DNA of 38,070 nucleotides from IMG/VR virus record IMGVR_UViG_3300025270_000006. One strand, given 5' to 3'. A program made the translations under genes and the position numbers. Position 1 is the stretch's first letter; each line of letters starts with the position of its first letter. The notes under the pieces were generated by a model. It saw nothing but the letters and a program-made list of their open reading frames with translations, had not been told where the DNA came from and searched no databases. The stretch comes from a virus. Shown one piece after another: positions 18,790 to 26,689 of this stretch.

Positions 18790-20793
18790 CTAATATGGTC
18801 TTTCCTTCATAAAGGTAACTAAAAATTCCTCTCGTGTTTTACCTGCTGCTTCCCAGTTTTTAAGGTTGTCTGCCATCTGCTCCCGCATTCTTTGCTTTAA
18901 CCAGGGCTCTGCATCAGGCGGTAAGTTATAGTCTGCCACCAGTCTCGCTGTTCTTCTAGCCGAACCAGAGCTATCGGGATCCATAAACAGCATTCTTTGA
19001 TACTGAGTATTCGCATCCATTTCTTCACCCAAGATATCCTCATACGTTACGCCCATAAACTGGGACATGTTGTCTCGTAAGTTTTCTGCCGCATCAAAGA
19101 ACATCCCTCGTCTATTCCTTGGATTATCCATAAACTGATTAGCCCAGTTTGTAAAGTGGTCGTGTTCTTGTGTCAGGTCTTCATCTATATATTGTGGTAG
19201 TTTAACTCCTTCTACTATCTGGTAATTAACACCTTTTGCTGGGTTGTCTCCTGGCCGACCCTCTGTATCCCAGGGTTCGGTTAAGTAATACAGCATTTCC
19301 GCTTCTGCATATAATTCCGGAAGCTTCTGTCGATAATCATATCGGCCTGATCCTTCTCTCTGATTAAACGCATTCAAGAACCTAGTGTAATAATCAGGGT
19401 ATCCTGGACCGTAGGCCTCTTCTTTTGGCTTTGCCCAAATTTTGTCCCACATTGGGTCTAATCCTTCTTCCATTAACGCCTCTTCTTCTGTGGGCGTGAA
19501 TCTTCCTTTAGGCATAGTCCCGCTTGCTTGCATAAGATCACGGTCTACTGCCCTTAATCGGTCATATGGAGTGCTATCTAGTGGGTGACCCAGCATTTGT
19601 TCTTGCGGACTGAGTTCGTCTGGTTCCAACCCTTCTTCCATTAACGCCTCTGCATCCCAATCGCCAGCCGAACCCGGCATAAAGTATGGTTTGTATTTAT
19701 CCTGATCCGCGTCACCTAAATAAATATTGGACGGTATGTCTTGTTTCCATGACTCTACTGGCAAGGAAGTTGCCAGGCGGGGTGTGGGCTGCATAGTTGC
19801 AGTAACATCTTTGGATTCCTGATCCATAGAAAACTGTACAGCATCCACGGCATTTTGCCACGTCTGCATACTATTCCATTTATTGGGGTCAGCTGCACCA
19901 CCGCTTATTTTGTTGCGATAATCCTCGAGCCACTCGTTCACCATGCCCATGTCTAGCTCTCCGGTCTGATAGTTACGCTCGTCTCCTATATATGCCTTCA
20001 GCGCGGCTGGGCCTTCATCTTTCAGAATATCATCTAAGACCCGGAAGTATTCTCGAGTCATTGCCTTGTCTTCTAGTTCCATAAACTTATTATTGGTTTG
20101 CTCGCTTACTCCCTGGCCTAACGTATGCTCCCAGGCTGCTTTGTTCCCCAGTTGGTTTAACTGCCAATTATCCCCGGCAGTGGTAATGCTATCTGTTATG
20201 GCGTCACCGATACCTTCTCCGATTGCCATTGTCCCCTCGCCTTGTGCCACCACACCCTCACCCAGTGGAGAGAACACGTTTTCCCCAAGCCAGTCACCAA
20301 CGCCACTGAATATGTTTTTAATATCTGCTAGGAGGCCCCGGTCTTCAGCCTCGTCTTCAATCCTGTCAACAGCTCCGGTAAATGCCGGATGGTTAGAAAT
20401 AGCATTTGCTTCATCAAAGAGGCCTTCGTCGTTGGTATTGAAGCCCACCTCGACAGCAGGAAATTCCTCAAGGAGACTGGCAATGTCTGGGACATCAAGC
20501 CCTGGACCCCAGGGTGTTAACATCCCTGTTACTCCAGCAAGAGCTGCCGGGTCGGCAGATCCTGCCATTTCAATCTGATATGCGGCTTTCTCGACGGCAA
20601 ACTCATCATCTTCATAAGCGGACGCCATATCATAATCTTCCATATGGCCCAGCATAGTATTGCCGAAATCTTCCATTGATTCCTCAAATGTCTTATCACC
20701 GTAGTACATATCCCAGAAAACATTCGCTGGGCCTCCCGTCCATATACTCGCAGCCAACTCAGGAATTCTATTTAAATGACTACGCTGCTCCAT
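18790..20793 (-). CDS. Acidic hypothetical protein (667 aa), a candidate internal/ejection or head-morphogenesis protein
   Basis: An AAGGAGGG SD lies upstream and the gene immediately follows the portal gene. It contains an internal duplicated ALMEEGL(E/D)P module, seen as an exact 21-nt repeat at 19463-19483 and 19631-19651. Confidence 0.6.
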   Translation of the reverse strand: MEQRSHLNRIPELAASIWTGGPANVFWDMYYGDKTFEESMEDFGNTMLGHMEDYDMASAYEDDEFAVEKAAYQIEMAGSADPAALAGVTGMLTPWGPGLDVPDIASLLEEFPAVEVGFNTNDEGLFDEANAISNHPAFTGAVDRIEDEAEDRGLLADIKNIFSGVGDWLGENVFSPLGEGVVAQGEGTMAIGEGIGDAITDSITTAGDNWQLNQLGNKAAWEHTLGQGVSEQTNNKFMELEDKAMTREYFRVLDDILKDEGPAALKAYIGDERNYQTGELDMGMVNEWLEDYRNKISGGAADPNKWNSMQTWQNAVDAVQFSMDQESKDVTATMQPTPRLATSLPVESWKQDIPSNIYLGDADQDKYKPYFMPGSAGDWDAEALMEEGLEPDELSPQEQMLGHPLDSTPYDRLRAVDRDLMQASGTMPKGRFTPTEEEALMEEGLDPMWDKIWAKPKEEAYGPGYPDYYTRFLNAFNQREGSGRYDYRQKLPELYAEAEMLYYLTEPWDTEGRPGDNPAKGVNYQIVEGVKLPQYIDEDLTQEHDHFTNWANQFMDNPRNRRGMFFDAAENLRDNMSQFMGVTYEDILGEEMDANTQYQRMLFMDPDSSGSARRTARLVADYNLPPDAEPWLKQRMREQMADNLKNWEAAGKTREEFLVTFMKERPY

Positions 20794-22641
20794 TTATGGC
20801 CCTCCTTGTGCGCCAGGTCTCGGAGTGCCCGGCGGTACTAGTGGTCCTGCTTGTGGCGTAGGAGCTGGAGGGGGTACGCCCATCATGGCATTAGGCATTA
20901 CTTCTGGTCGGGTAGTCGGTGGTCCCCCGGGAGGTCCGGTCGGGGAAGGGGGTCCGCCCGGTCCGGGGGGTCCCCCCGGTCCTGGGGGTCCACCGGCCTG
21001 CATTGCCATTTGTTGCTGCATCATCTGTGCAGCCTGTCGCTTCTGCATGATCACGTTCATCAATTCTCCTGTATAAAAACTGACGAGATCCTCACGCCCT
21101 TGACGCTCGGATGCTCGGAGTAGCGTCCACAATGCTGCTTCCGGCAACATTCTTTCCGCCATTTGTTCCTTAATAGAGTCATCCATCTGGTCGGCGTCTT
21201 GTATAGCCAAGATTCTATCTCTGATTGCACGATCTGACAAGAGAGGCGTTGGGCCTTCCCTGGCAATCTGTGCCATTGAGTACCTGGTCATATCGTCCTG
21301 TGGCAATTGTCCGACCAGATTCACGACCGGAACGCCGGTAGCTTTCAGCATATCAGGTTCAATTGTCTCTGTGAAATACATTCTATGCCGATCCATTCCT
21401 GATAACTCTAGCGACTGGAACGATCCGGTTACATATTGATCTGATACTAAATTGAATATCATTTCGTAGGCTTTCTCTACGCCTCTCAGGTATTTACTTA
21501 CTACTGTTTCCACTCCCTGTCGGAGTGTATTAATAGCAAACCCTGAGAGCTGGAAGGGGACATCCCCATATACTGAGTAGGGGATAGCACCTCTTTGCAT
21601 TTCCCCGGATACGAGCTGCATAAACGCACCTGTTTCCTTGGCCACTTCCAGAAGTCCCAGGGGTTCCACGTTCTCGTTTTGTGAAAGCGCAATCTCAGAA
21701 CCCTCCAGGTATGGATCTTCATCTAAAGTTTTTGTTCCATCTCTGGATCTTACAATAAGCCCCTGCCTCCTGGATCTTGCTGTCATCTCCAGCATTGTAC
21801 TCATCATCATGTTATGTTTTTCGTACAAATCCCTAGTGGACGTGTACACTGCTTCGCCTACATCAGCGATAGTATTGTCCATATTCGTATGGGTCATAGC
21901 GATTATGTATGGATTAGATCCTATCGGTCCCAAAAATACAGGAACCTGGTTGGCTCCGTGCTTGGTTTGTTTCTTCACAACCCTGATTAAAGGCTGATTC
22001 TCAGAGCCTGCGTGGATAATAATCGTGTTCATTTCCTTATCATAGAAGTCATAGACATCTATGCCCTCGGCTGTATACTGGCTATCCCAATCGACGCGTA
22101 CATTATATTGCGCCAGTATCTGATCTCTGGTCTTAGGAACCTTGTAACACGCCCACTCTAATCCGTCTGATCCGACGCCCCAGTAAGTATGCATCGGGTC
22201 CCAGGGTGTGATATCCACGTATGTTGTGCCATCGTCCCGTTTTGCCAGCAAGGCTCTGCCGGAGTACCATCCACGGAGTGAAGAATACCATGCAAGTTGA
22301 TCTCGTACCGTGGGCAGCATCATACGGCAGAGCCTCTCATCCGCTGCTTTAATAATACCAATAAGGAATCTTTCCTTTAAATCATTGCGGTCGCGTAGTT
22401 CCGGGTCGGCCTGGTCGTGCGGAATACGCACAGTCATCTCAGCTCCTGCTATCCACCCGATTACTTTCTGTGCGTAATTGTGTGGTTCATTAGAAGTATA
22501 TGACTGATAGCCTTCCCCTGCGTCATAGGGGTCCAGCCTGTACAGAGAATGGTCATCCTGCATTCTCTGTCTGAGCGGTTCGGTCGCATTATAGTGGGCA
22601 TCCACTAACTTAACGATATCTTCTGGTTTTCTACGTGCCAT
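20794..22641 (-). CDS. Portal protein (615 aa) with a Pro/Gly-rich C-terminal tail
   Basis: It lies directly downstream of TerL (TAAATG junction) and has a size and N-terminal layout typical of podovirus-type portals. The C-terminus reads GGPPGPGGPPGPGGPPSPTGPPGGPP. Confidence 0.75.
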   Translation of the reverse strand: MARRKPEDIVKLVDAHYNATEPLRQRMQDDHSLYRLDPYDAGEGYQSYTSNEPHNYAQKVIGWIAGAEMTVRIPHDQADPELRDRNDLKERFLIGIIKAADERLCRMMLPTVRDQLAWYSSLRGWYSGRALLAKRDDGTTYVDITPWDPMHTYWGVGSDGLEWACYKVPKTRDQILAQYNVRVDWDSQYTAEGIDVYDFYDKEMNTIIIHAGSENQPLIRVVKKQTKHGANQVPVFLGPIGSNPYIIAMTHTNMDNTIADVGEAVYTSTRDLYEKHNMMMSTMLEMTARSRRQGLIVRSRDGTKTLDEDPYLEGSEIALSQNENVEPLGLLEVAKETGAFMQLVSGEMQRGAIPYSVYGDVPFQLSGFAINTLRQGVETVVSKYLRGVEKAYEMIFNLVSDQYVTGSFQSLELSGMDRHRMYFTETIEPDMLKATGVPVVNLVGQLPQDDMTRYSMAQIAREGPTPLLSDRAIRDRILAIQDADQMDDSIKEQMAERMLPEAALWTLLRASERQGREDLVSFYTGELMNVIMQKRQAAQMMQQQMAMQAGGPPGPGGPPGPGGPPSPTGPPGGPPTTRPEVMPNAMMGVPPPAPTPQAGPLVPPGTPRPGAQGGP

Positions 22642-24000
22642 TTATACCCACCTTTTTACGCGAATACTGTCACGGTTGTGTACATATCCGTAGCCAAACT
22701 TATCAATCAGTCCATAGATAAGGGCTTTGACGCCGTGATTGTTCTTATCTTCAGGTACTTCCCCCACTATATTACCTTCTCTATCTGTTTTCCACCTATA
22801 TGCTTTCGTTTGTCCGTCGAAAGGATTAGGCGATGCACCGAATTCTGACAGTAATCCCTGGCACTTTGCGTCTATTACTATCTTTGGTGCGTGTGTAGAG
22901 GGGTCAATTTTAAGCCAGCTCTTCAATCTTTCAGATCCTTCATTGATTTTTATCTTCTGACTAGCCATAAAGAGCCCTGCTTTATCCAGCCACAGCTCTG
23001 CGGGAGCTGCCATTGCCTGGTGCTGGGTACCGGCTATATCAATGACGCCGTACTTTACATCCCGCCACCACGGCCTGGCAGTAACAATATCTATAATATC
23101 CTCGGTTATTAAACCCTGTTCATATATTTCATCGATAACCCGTATCTGTTCCCCAACGAATTGTATCACCTCGACTGCATATGCTCCGGCGTACCCCGGG
23201 TCCATCCATATATGAACAGGGACATGGGGATCATACTCCACGTTGCCGACATGTGCATCAGGCCGGAACTCAGGGAAGACCAGACCCCTTGGAGGACTGG
23301 GCTTTCCTGCTATACGTTCCATAAAAAAGTCATCGCTGGCTAAATTCTTCAGCCTGATAATCTCTGGATCGTTCTCTCCGCCCGGATATAAATACTTATT
23401 AGTCCAGCTCGGTAGGGAATAGGCCCTGGCCTGCTTATCAGCTCCCGATGCCCACGCTGTAAACATCTGTGGATACCATCCGAGAGATCCCTCAAATGTA
23501 CCTGAGAGGAACAGCCATCCCTTTTTAGGGGCACATCTGCCCATAAGCCTGTGGAATGTATCTAAATCCAGTTGAGATGCCTCGCACCCAAGTATTCCGT
23601 TGGGGGCTCTCATTGCCAGTGTCCTGTGGTCTTTAGCGGATTTAGTCTCTATCCTCGTGCCGTCCACCAATTCCAGGAACCCGGGATCTACACGGAGAGA
23701 ATATTTCTTTAACATCTTCAATATCCCAAAATTATCCTTGAGATATTCAAATTCAGCCCTTGTTCTTTCGTAGTCCGCAGCTACCAGCCAATATAACGCA
23801 GGACCATGTTCTTCATTATGTAAGAAATACTGGTGCAGGAGATACTTGGAAGCAATCATGCTCTTACCAGCCTGCTCTCCCCCGGCCACGAGGTTAAACC
23901 GATACGGAGAATCTATAATAACCTTCTGCTCCTTGGTAGGAACAAAGCCCACTATATCAAATACCTGGTCTCTAACCGGCTTCCTAACGGCAGTAGTCAT
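22642..24000 (-). CDS. terL: Terminase large subunit (452 aa)
   Basis: A Walker A-like motif (AGGEQAGKS) lies near the N-terminus. The C-terminus has RNaseH-like nuclease acidic motifs (IWMDPGYAG..., DKNNHGVKALIYGL). The gene sits between the terS-like and portal genes. Confidence 0.9.
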   Translation of the reverse strand: MTTAVRKPVRDQVFDIVGFVPTKEQKVIIDSPYRFNLVAGGEQAGKSMIASKYLLHQYFLHNEEHGPALYWLVAADYERTRAEFEYLKDNFGILKMLKKYSLRVDPGFLELVDGTRIETKSAKDHRTLAMRAPNGILGCEASQLDLDTFHRLMGRCAPKKGWLFLSGTFEGSLGWYPQMFTAWASGADKQARAYSLPSWTNKYLYPGGENDPEIIRLKNLASDDFFMERIAGKPSPPRGLVFPEFRPDAHVGNVEYDPHVPVHIWMDPGYAGAYAVEVIQFVGEQIRVIDEIYEQGLITEDIIDIVTARPWWRDVKYGVIDIAGTQHQAMAAPAELWLDKAGLFMASQKIKINEGSERLKSWLKIDPSTHAPKIVIDAKCQGLLSEFGASPNPFDGQTKAYRWKTDREGNIVGEVPEDKNNHGVKALIYGLIDKFGYGYVHNRDSIRVKRWV

Positions 24001-24064
24001 CTTTTACCTCTTGCGTCCCACCTTATCATGCTTACGTGCCTTCTTACGGGCCTTCTTCATCTGC

Positions 24065-24556
24065 TTAATCGACTTGGGCTTCGCCATTGCCAGTCCTCTT
24101 TCTATCCAGAATACTATCCAGCGTCTCTTCAATATTCTCAGATAAAGGCTCCTGGCTAGTTAATTCCTGACGGGCAGCCTTGCGCCACTCCGTGATAAGC
24201 TCCCTCGCCGAGTCTTCCCCAACAACCATCTGCGGCTTAAAGATATGGCCCAGGAACGCATTCAATAAAGAAATAAGCAAAACATCAGATCCACGATTCT
24301 TGTCCGGGTTCTGAACCCTGTCAATCGCCACCGCTAACATCTTCTCCCCAAATGCTACCTTGGACTGCTCGAGATCGTCCGCAAAACCAGGGTCATCTTT
24401 TATCCATCTGAAATACGTAGCCCGGGAAATGCCGGCTACCTTGATTGCCTTGGAGTTACCACCCCATTCCTCTACGGCCTGGAGCAATAGCTTCTTGTTT
24501 AAGGCCATGCCTTCGGGCGTATTGTCGTAGTTTCCCTTTGTGCTACGCTTTGCCAT
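24065..24556 (-). CDS. terS: Terminase small subunit-like HTH protein (163 aa from the ATG at 24556)
   Basis: An HTH segment (AIKVAGISRATYFRWIKDDPGF) is present and this is the first gene of the late operon, directly upstream of terL. An AGGGAG SD abuts the first ATG (24562) and is correctly spaced for the second ATG (24556). Confidence 0.65.
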   Translation of the reverse strand: MAKRSTKGNYDNTPEGMALNKKLLLQAVEEWGGNSKAIKVAGISRATYFRWIKDDPGFADDLEQSKVAFGEKMLAVAIDRVQNPDKNRGSDVLLISLLNAFLGHIFKPQMVVGEDSARELITEWRKAARQELTSQEPLSENIEETLDSILDRKRTGNGEAQVD

Positions 24557-24570
24557 TAACATCTCCCTAT

Positions 24571-24762
24571 TTACATACTTACATAATTACATTTACGGGT
24601 CTTATAGAGACCCGAAATGTAATGTAATTTGTAACTTACATAATAATTACATGTAATTACATTGTAACTAGTCACGAATTACATGTAAGTTACAACCAGT
24701 TACATTGTAATTCCTAGATCCTTGTAACAATCCCATGTAATCCTATGTAATTACTAACATAG
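24571..24762. promoter_or_regulatory. Dense array of TTACAT/ATGTAA half-sites and palindromes upstream of terS, either operators or a pac/terminase recognition array
   Basis: TTACAT occurs at 24571, 24579 and 24587 with exact 8-bp phasing. A hairpin GGGTCT-tatag-AGACCC lies at 24597-24613. A perfect palindrome AATTACATGTAATT lies at 24645-24658. TTACATTGTAA occurs at 24657 and 24700, TTACATGTAA at 24679, and ATGTAA at 24735 and 24745. Confidence 0.6.
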
Positions 24763-25063
24763 GAAGACATATAAGTCAATCTACATTGCGTAATAATGAA
24801 TACATTGTGGACGTAGCGCGTTGCCGGGAGGCCTTTTAGCGGAAAATTTATTGTCAGGGGTATCCATGTACTATCCCAACTCCACCCAAGCCCTACCCCT
24901 CCCCCCTGATTGCTGACGATTATGTGTTCTAAAGTGCGATGTTGCTGCCCTAGGTGTATGAGACCGCCCATTGTTGTCGCTCCGCTCCGTTGCCCAGCCT
25001 CCTGTCCACCCCCGGATGATGCTACTGGTGATGTTCTCCCATGTGTTGTCTCTAGTGTCTGTA

Positions 25064-25107
25064 TTGCTTAATAGTGTCTTGCTTAATAGTGTCTTGATCA
25101 TAGTGTT
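25064..25107. repeat. Tandem repeat TTGCTTAATAGTGTC, two exact copies plus a degenerate third
   Basis: The two exact 15-mers are at 25064-25078 and 25079-25093, followed by ttgatcatagtgtt. Confidence 0.85.
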
Positions 25108-25156
25108 GTGGTGTGTTGTGTGAGGGTGCCGGGTTCATGCTCGGGCCCGGGCTCGG

Positions 25157-25201
25157 GGTTCCTAGGGTTCCTGGGATGCCTGGGATGCCTGGGATGACAG
25201 G
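25157..25201. repeat. Degenerate 9-bp tandem repeat, five units (GGTTCCTAG GGTTCCTGG GATGCCTGG GATGCCTGG GATGACAGG)
   Basis: Read directly in the intergenic control region. Confidence 0.85.
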
Positions 25202-25370
25202 ATAAAATCCCTTTTTATATGGAATTACACTGTATCTACTGTCTACGTCCACGCATGCGCCACGTTTCCAGGGATTGCGCCTGTCAAAGCCTAGGAATTC
25301 GGCCCAATTCCCAGACTTGTGACGGTGTTAGCATAGGATGATCTAGCTATAAATCTATTGACTATAGGTA

Positions 25371-25399
25371 TGGACATTCGGCTATCATGAGCGTATAAT
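25371..25399 (+). promoter_or_regulatory. Candidate sigma70-type early promoter (TGGACA, 17-bp spacer, TATAAT)
   Basis: The -35 TGGACA is at 25371-25376 and the -10 TATAAT at 25394-25399, 47 nt upstream of the first plus-strand gene. Confidence 0.5.
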
Positions 25400-25445
25400 C
25401 TAGAGGTAGGCCAAGCTTACAAATACAAAATTGTGGAGTGTGAAC

Positions 25446-26282
25446 ATGGTAACAAGAGCGGAATTGATAGAATTCGCCGAGGCGGCGATTAACAACCCGG
25501 ACGGCCTCGGCCATGGGGCCCCGGCCCATTGGGGCCCGAATTGGAAACGGGCCCACAGTAAATTCACGGAATTCACGGCCACAGGTCAACCACAATGGAA
25601 TATATTCGTCAAAGGCAATTCCAAGTTAAAGTTTTGGCAGTTTTCCACACTGCCAAAAATATCTTGCCCAGGGGCGGGTGACTGTCTAAATTGGTGTTAT
25701 AGTTTCAAGGCTTGGCGGTATCCTGATGCATACTTTAGACAATTACAGAATACTATTCTGATTATGAATAAATCCGAACATATCACGAATGCATTCTTAA
25801 ACTTACCAACAAATGAGACCATCCGTTTATATGTTGACGGCGATATAGACAGCCTGGACACTCTCGAATTTTGGTTTGATCTATTGGCCAAACGGCCCGA
25901 CTTGCAAGTATATGGATACTCCAAGTCATGGGCCGTGTTCCTAGCATATGACAAAACTGGCCAACCTTGGCCAACAAATTATATGCTTAATTTATCAGGT
26001 GGTAGTAAATACAACGGCCAATTACGGGCCCATATGGAACAATTGCCAATTGTCCGCGGGGAATTCGTCGCAGTTACGGCACCCTTTAAAATGCCTAACA
26101 AACTAGACACGCCGACACTATGGGCACAATGGGCAAAAGTAGTAAAAGAATCAGCGCGTAAACTTGGATATGCAAATTCGTTTGTATGTCCGGGCAAATG
26201 TTACGCATGCCTACCTAATCAAGAGCATGCTTGCGGATCTTGGAAGTTTAAAAATATTCCTGTAGTTATAGGCATACATTAA
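25446..26282 (+). CDS. GP88-family-like phage protein (278 aa from the ATG at 25446), function unknown
   Basis: FSTLPKISCPGAGDCLNWCYSFKAWRYPD and IRLYVDGDIDSLDTLEFWFDLLAKRPDLQVYGYSKSW match my memory of the GP88 family (tCPGA..C...CYA ... GDf.s..y ... YTKs). A GGAG SD lies 7 nt before the ATG at 25446; the ORF track starts at a TTG at 25431. Confidence 0.6.
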   Translation: MVTRAELIEFAEAAINNPDGLGHGAPAHWGPNWKRAHSKFTEFTATGQPQWNIFVKGNSKLKFWQFSTLPKISCPGAGDCLNWCYSFKAWRYPDAYFRQLQNTILIMNKSEHITNAFLNLPTNETIRLYVDGDIDSLDTLEFWFDLLAKRPDLQVYGYSKSWAVFLAYDKTGQPWPTNYMLNLSGGSKYNGQLRAHMEQLPIVRGEFVAVTAPFKMPNKLDTPTLWAQWAKVVKESARKLGYANSFVCPGKCYACLPNQEHACGSWKFKNIPVVIGIH

Positions 26283-26300
26283 AAATTGATCTGGTCCATT

Positions 26301-26327
26301 GGAATTCTGGAAATTTTCCAGAATTCC
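26301..26327. promoter_or_regulatory. Perfect 13+13 bp palindrome GGAATTCTGGAAA-T-TTTCCAGAATTCC
   Basis: I checked the pairing base by base. It lies 19 nt after the stop of the GP88-like gene and has no U-tract, so it is more likely an operator or RNA hairpin than an intrinsic terminator. Confidence 0.6.
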
Positions 26328-26468
26328 AGAGGAGCTTAGGCCAAATCCGAAAACGTGGCCATGAGCAATGAATACATTATGAAAGGGGGCGAAAATATTA
26401 GACCGAGACACATTGCGACTAGCAACCTGATCCGAGGAACAATTAATACAGAATAGAAAGAGGTAACA

Positions 26469-26600
26469 TTGAATTCTAAACAAGCTATCGACCAGGGATT
26501 TATCCCATACCCATACACATTCCCGGCCATTAAATTTGTAGTGGTCGAGGATATAAAAGCAGTGAATACAAAACAGAAAGAGGTGACGGCAACAGATTAA
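26469..26600 (+). CDS. Possible TTG-initiated micro-ORF (43 aa)
   Basis: I translated this by hand: (M)NSKQAIDQGFIPYPYTFPAIKFVVVEDIKAVNTKQKEVTATD. An AAAGAGG SD lies 6 nt upstream. The stop abuts the hammerhead motif. Confidence 0.3.
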   Translation: MNSKQAIDQGFIPYPYTFPAIKFVVVEDIKAVNTKQKEVTATD

Positions 26601-26658
26601 TCGCCCTGACGAGACCGAGTGGCTCCCGGTCGAAACACCCCCCGGGGGGTGTAGGCGA
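26601..26658 (+). ncRNA. Type I hammerhead self-cleaving ribozyme candidate
   Basis: The arrangement is TCGCC (stem I), CTGACGA (core C3-A9), GACCG.G/C.CGGTC hairpin (stem II, G10.1:C11.1), GAA (G12-A14), ACACCCC-ccgg-GGGGTGT hairpin (stem III, A15.1:U16.1 and C15.2:G16.2), A (H17, 26653), GGCGA (stem I partner). Every invariant core position is satisfied. Predicted cleavage is between 26653 and 26654. Confidence 0.8.
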
Positions 26659-26689
26659 GAGCCATAAATACAGTATAGGAGTAGAACAT

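Noticed and set aside
25064-25201. Tandem repeats considered as a possible CRISPR array
   Set aside because: The units are 15 bp and 9 bp, directly adjacent with no spacers and in only a few copies. That is not CRISPR architecture, and no cas genes are present.
24714-25252. Three overlapping minus-strand ORFs (85, 76 and 66 aa) in the control region
   Set aside because: They overlap one another, lack SDs, and their repetitive peptides (IPGIPGIPG, DTIKQDTIKQ) simply translate the tandem DNA repeats. I treat the region as non-coding.
26361-26445. Region with GAAAGGGGGCGAAAA ... CCTGATCCGAGGAAC considered as a second (degenerate) hammerhead or a twister-like ribozyme
   Set aside because: The CUGA box is followed by UCC rather than NGA, so G8 and A9 are missing. 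I could not build the required stems or pseudoknots by eye. It needs a covariance-model scan before any claim.
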